Made by a program: the position numbers and the translations under genes. Below are positions 21,720 through 35,130 of a stretch of 64,000 nucleotides of DNA, one piece after another. Each line of letters starts with the position of its first letter. The first letter of the stretch is position 1. This DNA is from Chiloscyllium plagiosum (taxonomy: Eukaryota), in contig NC_057754.1 in NCBI RefSeq assembly GCF_004010195.1, positions 7,764,725 through 7,828,724 on the forward strand. The letters are read 5' to 3'. The notes below the pieces were generated by a model that searched no databases, was not told where the DNA came from, and saw only the letters and a list, made by a program, of their open reading frames with translations.

Positions 21720-22400
21720 CTGAGCACCACCAAAGGGGGCGCCAGTCAGCCTCATTCACGCTCTGACCGGGGAGGGGGGCGTCACCGTCGGCTTTCCTCC
21801 CGTGACGGGTTCAGCCTCTGGTCATACGGTCAACGTCACCACGCGGGGAGGGAGGGGCCGTTGGCTGTTGCCGTGGTGACGCCGCGAGCTCTTTGACACT
21901 CGAAAGCCTTTTGAATGGCTCAGGTCACGTGTGTTTACCTCTGACCCCGCCCCTTCCTGATGGACCGCCGTCCTGACCAGTCACCGGGTGAACGACGTCA
22001 CTTTCCCCCGCCTCCCTCCCATCCCCCCGCCCACCGACAGACGGCCGGTTTCGCCAATGGGAGGCGACGGCGCGGGCTCTCGGCCAATGAGGGTGAGCGA
22101 GGGGGGCGGGGATAGCCTGCGCACGTGGTTCCTACCCTCGGTGGGTTCGGCTTGTCGGGGGCAGGTCGGAGTGCGCGGCGTCTCCGCTGTCGGCGGTTGA
22201 GGTAACGCGCAGGGCGTTCGGGCACCTCCGGTCGTGGGGCGAATTGCTGCCGGGCCGCCTGCGGCGGTGGGGTGGTTTAATGCAAGCCGAAGCCTGACTG
22301 TCCGGTTTTGGGGTGTGTGTGGTATACCGCGGGGGTGCGGCCCTCTCCCCGGCCCCGGGATCCTTGACCCCGCCCCCTTTCCCTGCTCGAGGAAAGTTCA
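21720..22400 (+). promoter_or_regulatory. CpG-island promoter and first exon of an unidentified + strand gene
   Basis: CpG-dense. E-boxes GTCACGTG 21924-21931 and CACGTG 22122-22127, CRE-like CGACGTCA 21993-22000, CCAAT boxes at 22054 and 22084, GC box at 22101, splice donor GAG|GTAACG at 22201/22202. Confidence 0.7.
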
Positions 22401-22464
22401 CCTGGAGTTTGCTGCAAGAGCTGCACCTCTGTCCTGGTCTTACTACATTCCTGATCACATCCCA

Positions 22465-22900
22465 TCGCATTCCTGATCAACTCCCAGTCCATTCCTGATC
22501 AGGTCCTGTTGCGCTCCTGTTTTGCCCCTAATGCATTCCTGATCAGGTCCTGTTGCGCTCCTGTTTTGCCCCTAATGCATTCCTGATCAGGTTCTATTGC
22601 ACTCCTGTTTGCCCCTAATGCATTCCTGATCAGGTCCTGTTGCACTCCTGTTTTGCCCCTAATGCATTCCTGATCAGGTCCTGTTGCGCTCCTGTTTTGC
22701 CCCCAGTCCATTCCTGATCAGGTCCTGTTGCACTCCTGTTTTGCCCCTAATGCATTCCTGATCAGGTCCTGTTGCACTCCTGTTTTGCCCCTAATGCATT
22801 CCTGATCAGGTTCTGTTGCACTCCTGTTTTGCTCCCAATGCATTCCTGATCAGGTTCTGTTGCACTCCTGTTTTGCCCACCAGCCCAATTGCATTCCTGG
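22465..22900. repeat. 44-bp minisatellite, about 9 units
   Basis: Unit cattcctgatcaggtcctgttgcactcctgttttgcccctaatg starts at about 22490, 22534, 22578, 22621, 22665, 22709, 22753, 22797 and 22841. Confidence 0.95.
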
Positions 22901-23169
22901 TCAGATTTGCTTTTTGATCAGATCCAATCTGATCCTTGTCCAGCCTGGATGTGGAGTTAACGTATACCTTTCCTAATGCTGATGTCAGGGTATATCTGTA
23001 TTGAATCCTGCTGCAGTCTGATATTAACCCTGTACTGGTTCAATTTTGTCCTGATGCTGATCTACGTGGTCTTGACGTTAGTCCTATTTGAGACGTCGTG
23101 TTACCCTGGTTCAGCTAGGTTGTTGTGAGAGGCGGTTAACAAAGATTCCACATGACAGTACTACTTTTC

Positions 23170-23620
23170 CTGACTGCCTCAGTGCTTACAGGCTGCATTT
23201 GTGACATCGAGGATTGGAAGACCTGTAATTTCCTCCAGTTCAACTGAAATCAGTGCCTTCAGCCTCTGCCACAAACTCTCCTCCTCGCACCACTAATTCT
23301 AACCCCAGTCTGAGACTGAGGTTAGCTGCTTCGCAGTCTCACTCATTTTACCACTCCCCTACACCCCCAACTGCCCGAAACCCTTTATCACTGTCTAAAG
23401 CCCCCTCCTCTGCGATACCATTTACATCGGCGCTTCCTCATCTGCTGCTGAAGCCCTCACCCTCACCCTTGGAACGTGGGCAAAAATGGTGTTTCGCATT
23501 CCTGACCCGCACAGAGTCCCATTCAACGATTGACACTGTGCTGGACATCTATGTTGAGTCATGACTGACCAATCCTTGGAGATTTAAAATTAGAATCCCT
23601 CTGCCTCTCTGCAAAACTAC
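23170..23620 (+). mobile_element. Old L2-like LINE remnant
   Basis: Translates CICDIEDWKTCNFLQFN, resembling the L2 ORF2 CL.DI..WM..NFLQLN motif. Confidence 0.5.
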
Positions 23621-25149
23621 TGCGGGTGTTGCAATGGTCCTGGAATACTCGGTGCTTCTAAGTCTTCTGTGCGGTTTTGACCTGCTTATTTATGGAAGTC
23701 TGGAACTCTGATTGGAGCGGGGAGTCACAACCTAAGTTTATTTCTCAGCCTGTGGAATTTTCCGTCACAGAAAATGGTTGAGGGCGAGACATTAAATGTT
23801 TTCAAGGAGGAGGTGGATGTAGTTCTTGGGGCTGAAGGGTATGAGGGAGAAAGTGTACTGAGATGGATGATCAGCCATGATTGTATTGAAGGGTGGAGCA
23901 GCCCTGAGGGGCCAAATGGCTTACGTACTCTCTGTATACACATCTGATGCAGTGGAGAGAAAGCTCACCCCACTGATGTCTGGCTTTCGTGGGGTTGATG
24001 AAAGTTTGCACAGATTGGTCTTGCATCCATTGGAGAGTTTAGAAGAATGACAAACTATCTTGTTGAAAGAGATGGAGTTGACTGGGTGGACATTGAGCGG
24101 TTCCCTCCCACCTCGCCCCCTCAAACGTCCACCCAGCCCTCCAGGAGAGACAAGAACTGGGGCACAGTTTAACCATGAGAAGGTCTCCTGTTTAAGAGAG
24201 AGAGAGATGAGCAGGAATGTTATCTCTTGGAAGGTCCATGGGATCCTCTTCCCCACAGAGTGATGGAGATGTGCCCATTGGATGTTTTTAAAGTGGCAGG
24301 CGATATGTGATAGACTCTTGCCCAAAAAGGGAGTCTATCAGGAGTGGGAGGGAATGCAGAGTCAAGGCTACAGTCAGATTAGCTCTGCCTGTATTGACGG
24401 TTGCTGGAGGCGCAAGGGGCTGAATGGCCTCGGAGTTTGTGCATTTTGACTTCTTTTCCCACTTTTAGCCACTTTGATCCCACTTAGAAGAATTCAGTTC
24501 CTAAACCATAAAGCCTATTTATTTCTCAGGGGTTACCCCACCTCGTGTTTCCACCCCAGTGCCTCATCACAGTACCATTGAGGGGGGGGGGGATGTCCAT
24601 GTGAAACATGTTTATTGCCTGAGAAGCTGAGACAGAGGACCTGGATTCAGCGAGCAGAGCACAAATCTACCAAATATAGCCGTCTTTGAATCCTAGAAAT
24701 ACTTGCTGTCTGAGGAATAGTTTTGAAGCACTGCTCTGATTCTGCTGGCAGCCAGTTCGTCCCAGTCCTCTGCAAGGGGAAAGTGCTGGTGCAGTGATGA
24801 GGGTCGTCACCCAGAGAGTGGTGAATCTGTGGAACCCGTTGCTGCGGAAGGCTGTGGAGGCCACGTCATTGAGTATTTTAAGATAGTGATAGGTCCTTGT
24901 TTAGTAAGGGGATCAAGGGATATGGGGAGAAGGCAGGAGATTGGCTTGAGAAACATATCCACTCCGATCAATTGTGAATCAAACTCAATGGGCCGAACAG
25001 CCCAATTCTGCTCCCATATTTTATGGTCAGTGGTGGAAAAGTCACTGGACTAGTAATCCAAAGGTCTGGGCTGATGTTGTGGGGACACTTTTTAATGTCC
25101 CACCAATCAGTGAGTGGTAATTTGCAACTAAAAGCTAGCCTCGGGGTGA

Positions 25150-25670
25150 CTGGTGTTCAGTTTTGGTCTCCTTGCTATAGGAAAGATGTTGTTAAAACCT
25201 GAAAGGGTTCAGAGATGATTTACAAAGATGTTATAGGAGTTGAGGTTTTGAGCTAAAGGGAGAGACTGAGTAGGCTGCAGCTGTTTTCCCTGGAGCGTTG
25301 GAGGCAGAGGGGTGACCTTCTAAAGGTTTGTGAAATCATGAGGGTCATAGATGTGGTGAATTGCCACGGTCTTTCCTGAAGGTAGGGAAGACCAAAACAA
25401 GAGGGCATAGGTTTAAGGTAATGAGGGGAAAGGTTTACAAGGGACTTAAGAGGCAGCGTTTTCACTCCGAGGATGGTGCGTGTATGGAATGAACTGTCAG
25501 AGGAAGTGGTGGAGACTGGTACATTTATAATATTTAAAAGGCATCTGGATGGGTACATTAATAGGAAAGGCTTACAGGAATATGGGCCAAATACTGGTAA
25601 ATGGGACGAGATTAATTTAGGATATCTGGTCGGCATGGACGAGCTTCTGTGCTGTACAACTCTCTGACTC
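25150..25670 (+). mobile_element. CR1/HER1-like LINE 3' fragment
   Basis: RVWNELSEEVVETGTFIIFKRHLDGY plus the CR1 tail. Confidence 0.85.
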
Positions 25671-25937
25671 AAATTGTTGACTGTTGGGGGAGAAAAAACC
25701 CATTTCACAGCCCTTTGTGGAAGGAAATTTGGCAATCAGACACACAGCGGTCTGATTGACTCCTGAATGCTCTCAGAAATGGCCGATTAGCCAGTCAGTG
25801 GTGCTACAAGCTGTAAACGAAAGGAACAAAACTGGAAACGACAATGGCAAACACAGCCCTGTGGCCCCTGCAAAGTCCTCCTATGTAACTTCTGTCAAAA
25901 TTGGGCTGATTCTCCCACAGACAGATTAGGCAACAGC

Positions 25938-26238
25938 CTGACATAAGAAATTGTTGGATAAGCTCAATATCTGCCTAACCCTAACCCTCACCCTATCCCT
26001 AACCCTGACCCTAACCCTAACCCTGACCCTAACCTTGACCCTGACCCTGACCGCAGCATCTGTGGAGAAAAATCAGAGATAACATTTTGGGTCCGGTGAC
26101 CTTTCCTCTGAACCGTATCAGAAACGTTAACTCTGATTTTGCTTCACAGATGCTGCCAGATCTGCTGAGCGTTTCCAGCAACTTCTGTTTTTGTTCCTGA
26201 TTTACAGCATTTCTTTTGGTTTTTAGTCTGACATAAGA
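25938..26238. mobile_element. Palindromic PLE-derived element (third family, cores decayed) with 11-bp target-site duplication
   Basis: ctgacataaga at 25938-25948 and 26228-26238; inverted arms gcagcatctgtg...agagataac and gttaactctg...cagatgctgc. Confidence 0.65.
25974..26052 (-). repeat. Interstitial telomere-like tract (CCCTAA/CCCTGA)n
   Basis: About 13 hexamers: ccctaa, ccctca, ccctga variants. Confidence 0.85.
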
Positions 26239-26749
26239 CCTCTCATTCAACAGCACCATGATGTGGACCAGGTAGAAGGACAGGGGCACCAGATAGATGG
26301 GAATGGCAGTGCCTGCAGGTTCCCCTTTGAGGCATGCACAACTCTGGCTTGGAAATATATTGGCTGTTCCTTTACTGTGGTTGGGTGAATCTCCCAGAAC
26401 TCTCTCCCTGAACTGCACTGTGAGTGTACCTGCACCACACGGAAGGCAGCGGTTCAAGGTTGGTGGCAAGCCGTCATCATCTTGAGGGGCAATTATGGAT
26501 GGGTAATAAAGGCTGACCCAGCCAGCTACCCTTGATCGAACTAAAATAAAAATATCTTTTCAAAGGCCCTATTGCTATCTGACCATGCCATCCCCACAGG
26601 TAGTGTGTTCCTGATATAAAAACCTTTTCTCATTGATGGACAAAGGGGATCAATCTTACCTAGGATGGCAGGCATAGGAGAGTCAGAGGAGGCAATGATC
26701 TGGTGGAATTATCACTGGACTGTTTATCTGGAGACCCAGATAATGTTCT

Positions 26750-28110
26750 GGGGAACAATCAGAATCGAGAGGGCAAAGATACTCCGCAAACTATTAGAAT
26801 TGAGGGCTGACAAGTCCCCCAGGGCATTAAAGGAAGTGGCAGCAGAGATAGTGGATCCATTGGTTACAGTATTCCACAATTCCCTGGATGCAGGAAAGAT
26901 TCCAGTGGATTGGAAAACTGCTAATGTATTCAAAAAGGGAGGGAGGGAGGGAGGAAAAATGTGAGAAATTACAGGCCAGTTAGTTTAACATCTGATGTTG
27001 GGAAAGTGTTCGAATGAGTTGTCAATGAAGCAATATCAGGACATTTGGAAAGTCAAAACGCTGTCCATCAGAGTCAGAATGGTTTTTTGAAGGGCAAAAC
27101 ATGTTTGACTTGTTTGCTAGAGTTCTTCGAAGATGTAAAAAGCAAAGTGTAAAATGGGGGTCCTGTAGATGTAATATATCTCGGCTTCTGGAAGGGATTT
27201 GATAAGGTGCCACACAAAAGGTTAATTCACAAGGTTGGATCATACGGGAGTGGGATACTTTATTAGCTTGGATAGATGACTGGCTGCTGGACAGAAGATA
27301 AGTGAGTTTATGGTCAGGATAAATGTTTTTTTTTCTGGATAGCAAGAGGTAACTAGTGGGGTGCCCTGGGGTTCGGTCCTTGGATCCCAGCTATTTACAA
27401 TCTAATTAACGAGTTGGATATAGAGACAGAAGGCCAAATTTGCAGATGACACAGAAATATATGGGATGGTAAATTGCAGTGAGGAAATAAGAACCTTACA
27501 AAGAGTGTGCCAAAGTGTGGCAGATGGAGTTTAATGTGGATAAGTGTGAAGTCATACACTTAGGTCCCCTTCCTATTTTTTCAACCAATTATCTAAATGG
27601 AGAGAGACTTTCGGATGCTCTGGTGCAGAGGGATCTGGGTGTCCTTGTTCATGAGTCACAGAAAACTAGCATGCAGGTACGGCAGATAATAAAGATAGTG
27701 AATGGAACGTTGGCTTTTATAGCTAAAGGAAGAGAATATAAAGATAAGGACGTAATGTTGCAACTATACAAGGCACTGGTGAGACCGCACCTGGAGTACT
27801 GTGAGCCGTTTTGGTCCCCTTATTTGATGAAAGATGTGGTGCCACCGAATTTTGAGAAGGTTTGTAGCTCCGGTTGGGGTTCTGGATGTACGTTAGCTCG
27901 CTGAGCTGGAAGGTTCGTTTTCAGGCATTCACTACCCCAAAGTGTAGTGGATGCTGGGACAGTGAGTAAATGTAAGGAGGAGTTAAACAGCTTTATAATT
28001 GGATAATGGGTTGAAGGCTTATGGGGGTGAGGAGCATGTCAGCCATGATCAAATGGCGGAGCAGACTCGATGGGCTGAATAGCCTAATTCTGCTCCTATA
28101 CCTTATGAAC
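26750..28110 (+). mobile_element. Decayed CR1-like LINE (RT region to tail, with deletions)
   Basis: ALKEVAAEIVDPL, IPVDWKTANV, WQMEFNVDKCEVIH, LYKALVRPHLEYC. Confidence 0.9.
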
Positions 28111-28390
28111 TGAGTTCCGATCTCACCCCGGCAGATGGTGGAATTTGAATTCAATAAAAAATAATCTGGAATTATGAGTTTAATGATAACCATGAAACCA
28201 TTGTCAATTGTTGGAAGAACCCACCTGGTTCACCAATGTTCTTATAGGGAAGGAATCTGCCACCCTAACCTGGTCTGGCCTACATGTGACTCCAGACCCA
28301 CAACGACGTGGTGACTCTTAACTGCCCTCTGGACAGCTAGGGATGGGCATTAAATGCTTGCATAGTCAGTGACGTCCTCGTCCCATGAAA
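28110..28390 (+). mobile_element. Old tRNA-headed SINE-like family (unnamed); other copies at about 39090-39425(+), 44210-44410(-), 48930-49240(-) and 57360-57475(-)
   Basis: Shared core cctggtctggcctacatgtgactccagacccaca and tail gggcattaaatgct. Confidence 0.6.
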
Positions 28391-29129
28391 GATTTTCAAA
28401 AATCAAGAGTTATGGGTGGGAAAGTGGGCGCGAGGAATGTCAGATCAACCATAAGCCTATTGAATGGTGGAGCAGGCAGGAGGGGCCAAATGGCCTACTC
28501 CCGTTCCTTCTATTTATGGGCTTCCAGCTCTGTATCCAGACTTGGCGGCTTCTTGAGACCACCATTTTATCATCCCATCAGCTAGATTGCGTGCCTGGAA
28601 CGTGGCTTGAGCTTTCTACCATCTCCGAGGTGAAAGTGGCTTCACTGGTGCCGAACTCTTTTGGGTTTTCTCATAGCAGGGATTTCATGTGGTATCACAA
28701 GTAAACGGACCCCTGATCTCCTATTCCTATTGATCACCAGGGCAGATCTGAGCAGCGTTCCCTGCTGCACCAGTGGGTTTTTTTTAAAAGAAAAGCTACA
28801 GTTCTCAGTTGTCTGTGAAGGTTTCAGAGCGATTTAAAAAGTACAAAAGCAGCAAGAAGTGAGGGAAAAGAAGTTTTGCTTAATCTGATTGCAGTGAATT
28901 AATTCTGAGCATCAAGAGGGGCACCTTAAGTTCAATTTCTTGTTTGGATTTAACCTCCAGCTTTCAGATGAAGTTTCACTGCCTTCAGATTGCCGAGGTC
29001 TGTGAGATTATGAGCCTGTGTATCTACCCAGTCGTGTGAGCAAGCAATAGTGTTGCAAGCTTGCTTACATTTTGTGTACATTTAGGTTTTCTGATAAGAT
29101 CCCTCTACCCCAGCATTTTCTACTCAAAT

Positions 29130-29522
29130 GTTAATTAAAGGTAGGGCCTTGGATAGTATTGAAGAACAGAGGGACGTAGGGGTGCAGGTATATAATTCCT
29201 TGAAGTTTGCGTCACGTTTAGATAGGGTGGTTAAAATAGCGTTTGGCACGCTCGTCTTCATTGCTCAGTCCTTTTGAGTTCTAAAGAAAGGCTGGATTGT
29301 TTTTCACTGGAGCATAGGAGATGGAGAGGTGACCGTATAGAAGTTTGTGAAATAATGAAGGATAAGACAGTGTTATTGGTAAGTGTCTTTTCCCCAGGAT
29401 AGGGGATTTCAAGACTGGGGGCATATTTTTAGGGTGAGAGGAGAGAAATGTTAAAAAGGCACGAGAGGCAAATATTTTACAGAGTAGCTTGTGTGTGGAC
29501 TGAACTCCCTGAGGATGTGGAT
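29130..29522 (+). mobile_element. CR1-like LINE fragment
   Basis: gaacagagggacgtaggggtgcaggta ... gtgtggactgaactccctgagg matches the CR1 copy at 59.6-60.1 kb. Confidence 0.75.
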
Positions 29523-31564
29523 ATCAATGTTTGGAAGTTCTTGCCTAATACCGTCAAAATTGGCCGTCCTCCAATTGACTTATGGATCTGGTCTATCCTT
29601 TTTCATCGCTATTTTGAAACTAATAGCTTTATGGTCCCTGGCCCCAGAGTGCTCTCCCACTGACACCTCAGTCACCTCCCCTGCCTTCTATCCCAACTGT
29701 AGGTCAAGTTTTGTTCCTTCTGTAAAGGAAATATACAAGACCATTACAGGCAAGTCAGAAAAGGCTCACTCAACTGATAGCTGGGGTGCCGGGGTGAAGA
29801 ATGGTTGAGATCGATATCCTTTGGAGTATCAAAGAATGAGAGGGCCCCTTACTGAAAAACGCAAGACCCTGAGCAAGACCCTGAGCGAGGTAGAAGTTGG
29901 AAGGATGTTTCCCCTTGTGGTGTGAACCAGAACTTGGTTGGGGGGGGAAGGGGTACAGTTTAAACCGAAGAATATATCACACACCCTGCTTAAGATGCTG
30001 ATGAGAATTTCTGAGAGAACTTTCCTCCCCAGGGACTGGGGTAAGGGGTGGTGCAAGGTTGTAAGGTAGATGGATCCTGGACTAACCAAGGGGTAAAATG
30101 GGAGTTGGTGAGAAAGTGGAGTTGAGGCCGTTGTCGGATCAGCCATAATCTGATCCATGGTGAAGTAGGCTGGAGGGGATGAACGGCCAACTGTCTGCTT
30201 TAATCAGTGTGTTCCAAGGTCCCTGAAACTTGGTGACCCGGTCTGAAGATCTTATTATGAGTTTCTGGGAAATAACAGCGCACTATGTTTGGAAAAGCTG
30301 TGCATATTGCTTTGGGCTTGATACCCAAGTAAGGCAAGTACATTTTGAAGTCCACCAATATGGAAAACAGTGGTCGGTGGAGACTGACATAAAACATGGT
30401 TCCAGACAACAGTTATGAAATCTTGCTGTGCCATTCCCTTGTATAAGGTAGCACATATTCGCACAGCAGTGATTGGAATCCTGCTGTGCTCTCGTTCTCG
30501 GGCTGCTCATCCTCTCGGATTCGTCAGGTGTATTTTGGAGCTCAGCAATGAGCTGCTCGTGGCTTGGGATGGGGGAGAACTTTATGCGGATGGTTTGTGT
30601 CGTCATGGCCGTACAATCCTGGGCTGTAGATAAACACGCTGCTAATGGCAGACACTGTCCAATCTTCAATCCCCAGGGAGCAGCTGAGAGAATAGTACTC
30701 CAGTGTAATTTAAGCAGTTAAAATCTGTGCAGTGTGAATTGATAAGCAAAGCATACTGTACTTTGCAGTAGTGTCCAGTTTCAATAATTGGGGCGAGAGA
30801 GATAGTGTCATTTTTGCTATTCTTACTTCACTTGTTACTTTGGGTCTTCATTTGCTTGGATTGGTCAGGAGTTCTTCTCAGCGCAGCGACTGCTACAAGG
30901 GATAAAGGATTCCCTGGTCACTGTTAGAAAAAGAACAGGGGTGCTTTCCCAGTGTCCTCGGCCAATAGTCTTCAAACGACAATGCTAACTCAGATGATCT
31001 AGTCTACAAGTAATCATTTGGTAGTATGTGACTTAGAAAAGAGATGCAAAGTCAAAGCTTTTTATCTTGCGCTCTTGCATCCCAAGCATCAGGTTTGGGA
31101 TGGAAGAAACCAAATTTGGAAAGGGAGCAACAATTTCCACAGCAGGAGAGGAAGGTGCTGCTTGGTTTGGTATGGAGATGACGCAGGAACTGTTAACTGT
31201 CAATCTACTTACCTGAGCAAAGACAGAGCAAGCTGGTAGTCTCTGATTGGTCAGGATGTTGCCATGGAGAAATGCAGCCGGAATTGCTGTTCCCTTAAGC
31301 CCTACCTGGCTGAGAAGTGTGGCATGTACAAGATCCTTTTGCCCAAGCAGAGCAAGGTCCTGTGTCTGAATGTGCACATGAATTACACTGTGAACCTGAC
31401 TGATAATCGTAAATGATCTGGATGTCTCCTTGTTGCTGTTTGTGGGAGCTTACTGTGTTTCTGGGCTTCCTACATTACATTGGTTATGGCAGGCATCAGC
31501 TGGAAAAGACTCTGGCACTTCCCAAGGCAGTGAAAGGTGCTCTGGAAATGTTAGATCTTCCTTT

Positions 31565-32275
31565 GGGTGGCACACTGGTCAGCACTGTTACCTCAGTGCC
31601 AGGAGCCCTGTGTTTGATTCCAGCCTTTGGGGACTATGCGTGGAGTTTGCACATTTTCCCTGTCTGTGTGGGTTTCTTCCAGGTGCTCCAGTTTCTTCCT
31701 GTAGTCCAGAGATGTGCAGGTTGGGTGGACTGGCCAAGATGAATTGCTCATAGTGCCCAGGGATAGAGTTAGAGTCATAGAGACGTACAGCATGGAAACA
31801 GACCCTTCAGTCCAACTCGTCCATGCCAACCAGATATCCTAACCCCATCTAGTCCCATTTGTTAGCAACCGGCCCATATGCCTCCAAACCCTTCCTATTC
31901 ATATACCCATCCAGATGCCTCTTAAATGTTGCAATTGTACCAGCCTCCACCACATCCTCTGGCAGCTCATTCCATACATGTACCACGCTCTGCGTGACAA
32001 AGTTGCCACTTAGGTCTCTTTTAAATCTTTCCCCTCTCACCCTAAACCTATGCCCTCTGGTTTTGGACTCCCCCATCCCAGGGAAAAGACTTGTCTGTTT
32101 ATCCTATCCATGCCCCTTATGATTTTATATGTGCAGGTTAGGTAGATTAGTCATAGTAAATGTGGGTTTACAGGGCGAGGGTTGGGGGTTGTGTGTGGGA
32201 TGCTGTTTGGAAGGTTGGTACAAATTTGAAGGGCAAATGGCGTCTTTTTGCACTGTAGGGATTCTGTGATTCTTT
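31565..32275 (+). mobile_element. HE1 SINE interrupted by a minus-strand CR1 3' fragment (about 31765-32128)
   Basis: HE1 body breaks at gcccagggat and resumes at gtgcaggttagg. ORF 31849..32076(-) is the CR1 C-terminus. Confidence 0.85.
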
Positions 32276-33062
32276 TACATATTGTTTTAAGCTGCCTAAT
32301 ATCGTGTGAGCGAGGATGGTGCATTTTGCGTTTGCTACCAACTTGTCCACCCCAGAGTGTAACTGCTGCTGGTCAGTTCACTTCAAGTTCAGTTTTGTTG
32401 AGGAAAGTGTGTCATTGTTCAGCTTGTAATCCCATAGCCCCGTGATGAAACTTGGCATTCAGTATAAAGCAGTCTCTTTGTAACATGACTTGGAGCAATG
32501 TGATCCTGCCTTTATGCTCAAAACTCCTTTTTCCAAAAAAAAATCATTTGTACTGCTTCATGGAGAGAGTCACTTGATTGAATGAGAGCTGTTTGTGTAG
32601 GGAAAATGAGAGGTGTGGAGATGGTGGTGTGTGGAGAATTCTTGTGGTAGTTAGCCGTGGCAAAATTCCAAATGCGTTCATGGAATTTTCCTCGGGTGTT
32701 TTTAATAAAATTGCAATGCTTGAGACTTTTACTGAAATCTTGGCACTGACAGAAGTGTGTGACTACACAAGATGGGTGTATTGCGTAGTTGGCCAAAATG
32801 CTTTTTCTGTAATGTATGCATTAAATGGAGGTGCTTTCTCGACTTTGAATGACCAGTTCTTCAAAATAAGAATCCAAAAACCAGCCTTTACTTGAATAGA
32901 TTTATTTACAGTGTGAAACATTTTAGGTATGTAACTCCTAACTCCGCCTTACTCTTCTGTTTGTGTTTCCACATGTGCTCAAGTCACCTTCCAACCCCAT
33001 GTCCTCTACCTTAATGTACTTAACATTCAGTTGGTATCAATATCAGCTGAAGTATGATCCAG

Positions 33063-33871
33063 TGTTACACAATTGCCCTTCCTTGGGAAACCAAAGATGA
33101 CCCCTGCCACCTTGAAGCCGTCACCCCTTTGTTAAGATGCAGAGGTCGAACCCCTCTGCTAATTACAACTAAGACACCCAGAAAAGTTTACACATTTGTG
33201 AAAGAAAACCCCTGAATTCCACTGCTTCACGAAAAAAACGAACAATTTATTTTCTTAATTCTAGCGGTGAGCACTAAACAAAAGCTATTAACAAACCCGA
33301 GCCCCTTTTTCTCTTAACTAACTCTGACCCCAAGTCTATAAAAATGCTGCTCCGGTAACACAATCATTAAACATTAAATCAGCTTAAAGTCAATACAGTT
33401 TCTTGTGCTGTCTTCCTTCCGTCTTTCCAATTCTGCTGTCTTCCCCCGGGTCGTCATCTTAGTTTTTACTGCGAGTGTCTTTGTATACAGTACCTTTAAT
33501 AGATGCTGCCGTCTGAGAGGTTTCTTTTGAGCACAAGATGTTTATTTCTTCAAATGGCTCTCGTGTTTGATGGGCTCTGACTAATTTTCAAACTGCCCTT
33601 CCTTTTCATGTCCCAAAGATTTGTACCTTTTCATTGGTCCGAGGTTGTCGGTACAAAAAAGTCCAAATTCAATTGGTTTTTGGTATCCTGGGCATAATTT
33701 AAATTAGTTGGTTAAATTCCAAGCCTTAACATCAGAACGCAACCCCAAGCTGATTGTTGCATATCTCTGCAGCTGTCAGCTAGTCACAGACACATGTGCT
33801 GGCCCGATCTCTCAGCTCAGGAAAGGCACCTCTCTCTGAAAGTGACCATAGACTGTTTCGACTTTGTAACA
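33063..33871. mobile_element. Possible solo LTR
   Basis: Bounded by inverted termini TGTTACA ... TGTAACA about 800 bp apart. No target-site duplication found. Confidence 0.3.
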
Positions 33872-34629
33872 CCCCCTTCGGCCCCACGTTTCTCCCTGCT
33901 TATTGATTTGTTTCGGCTCCGAACTCTACATCGACTTTCCCTGAGCTCACGTGCTTGAATCCTTTGCTATCAGATTTCTGCCCCTTGTCACATTACTGTA
34001 ACAGCCCTCATTAAAGTCACAAACGGTGTCCTGGATGACTCTCCCTTATCTTGTTCTGCTTGACCAATCTGCAGCCTCTGCTCACCATCCCCCTCCAGCA
34101 CCTCTTCCCCCATTGCATTGATTCAAAATTGATAAAACCTTAGCCACAAAATCATTAGTATTGGCTTCACTTCCTCTTTCCACGCTGATATCATTTTATC
34201 CAAGTGATTTATTACTTACTATTACTCTTTCAAACCAAGAAACCTCTGAGTTAAAAGCCCACATCTTAGCCTTATGCTTTCCAAATGCACCACTATCTTG
34301 CATCTTTTGTTTTTATACCCTATCAAAGTAATTGTGAAGGTAGTTATAAAGTAACATCTGTCTGCCATTTCAGCACAGAAATCCATACAGTGGGTCAGAC
34401 GCAAACCTTGTCAACCAGTCCTGATTAACTCCAGATTTTTCCCACGTTCCATTCTGCAGCATAAATGCATGAGGTGGCATCCTTTTAAAATTCCTTCCTG
34501 GGATGCAGCTGTCAATGGCTAGACCAACCTAAATTGCTCATCCCTAACTGCCCTCGATTAATGAGTTTGATTGCGGATCACTACAGCAAAAGAGGTAGGC
34601 TGCCTAAGTATGGAATGGCCTGGTGGGAA

Positions 34630-35130
34630 CTGACAGAGTCTTGGAGTCGCATAGTACAGAAAAAGCCCCACCCAACCTGTCCACACTTTCTTGCACTTGA
34701 ATGTAATGACATTTTCAAGTGCTCACCTGAGTACTTTTTTACTGCTTGTGAGGTTTCCTATCTCTGCTACTCTCCTAGGCATTGCATTTCAGGTTCCTAT
34801 CAACCTCTGGGTGAAAATTGTTTTCTAAATACCCTCTAAACCTCCTGCTCTTCACCGTAATGTTATGCCCCCTTGTTATTGACCCGTCAAATAAGGGGAG
34901 TAGCTGCTTCCTGTTCACCCTATCCATGCCCCTCATAATCTTGTACACATGAATCAGATCTCCCCCCCCCCCCGCCGCTCTTACAAGGAAACAACCTGTC
35001 ATAGTTAAAGTGCTTTCAGCCAGGCACATCCTGGTGAATCTCCTCTATGCCCCCTCCATTGTAATCATATCCTTCCTACAGAGAGGTGACTAGGACAGTA
35101 CTCTTGCTGTGGCCTAACTAGAGTTCTGCA
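34630..35130 (-). mobile_element. CR1-like LINE 3' remnant
   Basis: GDLIHVYKIMRGMDRVNRKQL...TRGH. Confidence 0.75.
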
